64,000 nt of DNA, taken from positions 3,224,001 to 3,288,000 of the forward strand of contig NW_024704760.1 of the NCBI RefSeq assembly GCF_018977255.1, written 5' to 3'. How positions within the stretch are numbered: the stretch's first letter is position 1; each line of letters begins with the position of its first letter. Source of the stretch: Callorhinchus milii (lineage: Eukaryota). Made by a program: the position numbers and the translations under genes. Positions 63,194 through 64,000 of this stretch are shown piece by piece. The notes under the pieces are model-generated. The model was not told the origin of the DNA. It did not search any database and was given only the letters and a program-made list of their open reading frames with translations.

Positions 63194-64000
<807 letters not shown>

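Overview
Intron-containing, SINE/LINE-rich vertebrate DNA. The repeat types and gene divergence suggest a cartilaginous fish (inference). The ORF track mostly shows exon fragments, so I assembled spliced gene models by hand from GT-AG junctions and phase continuity. Gene order: C6orf132-like exon 1 (-), GUCA1A/GCAP1 (+), GUCA1B/GCAP2 (-), IRF6 (+), an apparently undescribed 5-exon gene (+), C1orf74 (+), TRAF3IP3 (-), and the last two exons of HSD11B1 (-). This order joins blocks found at human 6p21.1 and 1q32.2. The standout is the gene at 40422-44226. It encodes a 175-aa secreted vitamin K-dependent protein: signal peptide, gamma-carboxylase propeptide ending RIRR, Gla domain, aromatic stack, Pro-rich linker and a coiled coil ending in CC. 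It has no EGF, kringle, protease or transmembrane module. Other notable points are a GCAP1 with altered EF3/EF4 loops, an IRF6 34-nt microexon, an IRF6 consensus site near its own putative first exon, a LINE-derived IRF6 splice acceptor, a palindromic hammerhead-like Penelope remnant, and a 1.2-kb G-rich minisatellite next to the C1orf74 CpG promoter. Three N gaps: 12749-13042, 25548-25693, 41139-41303.
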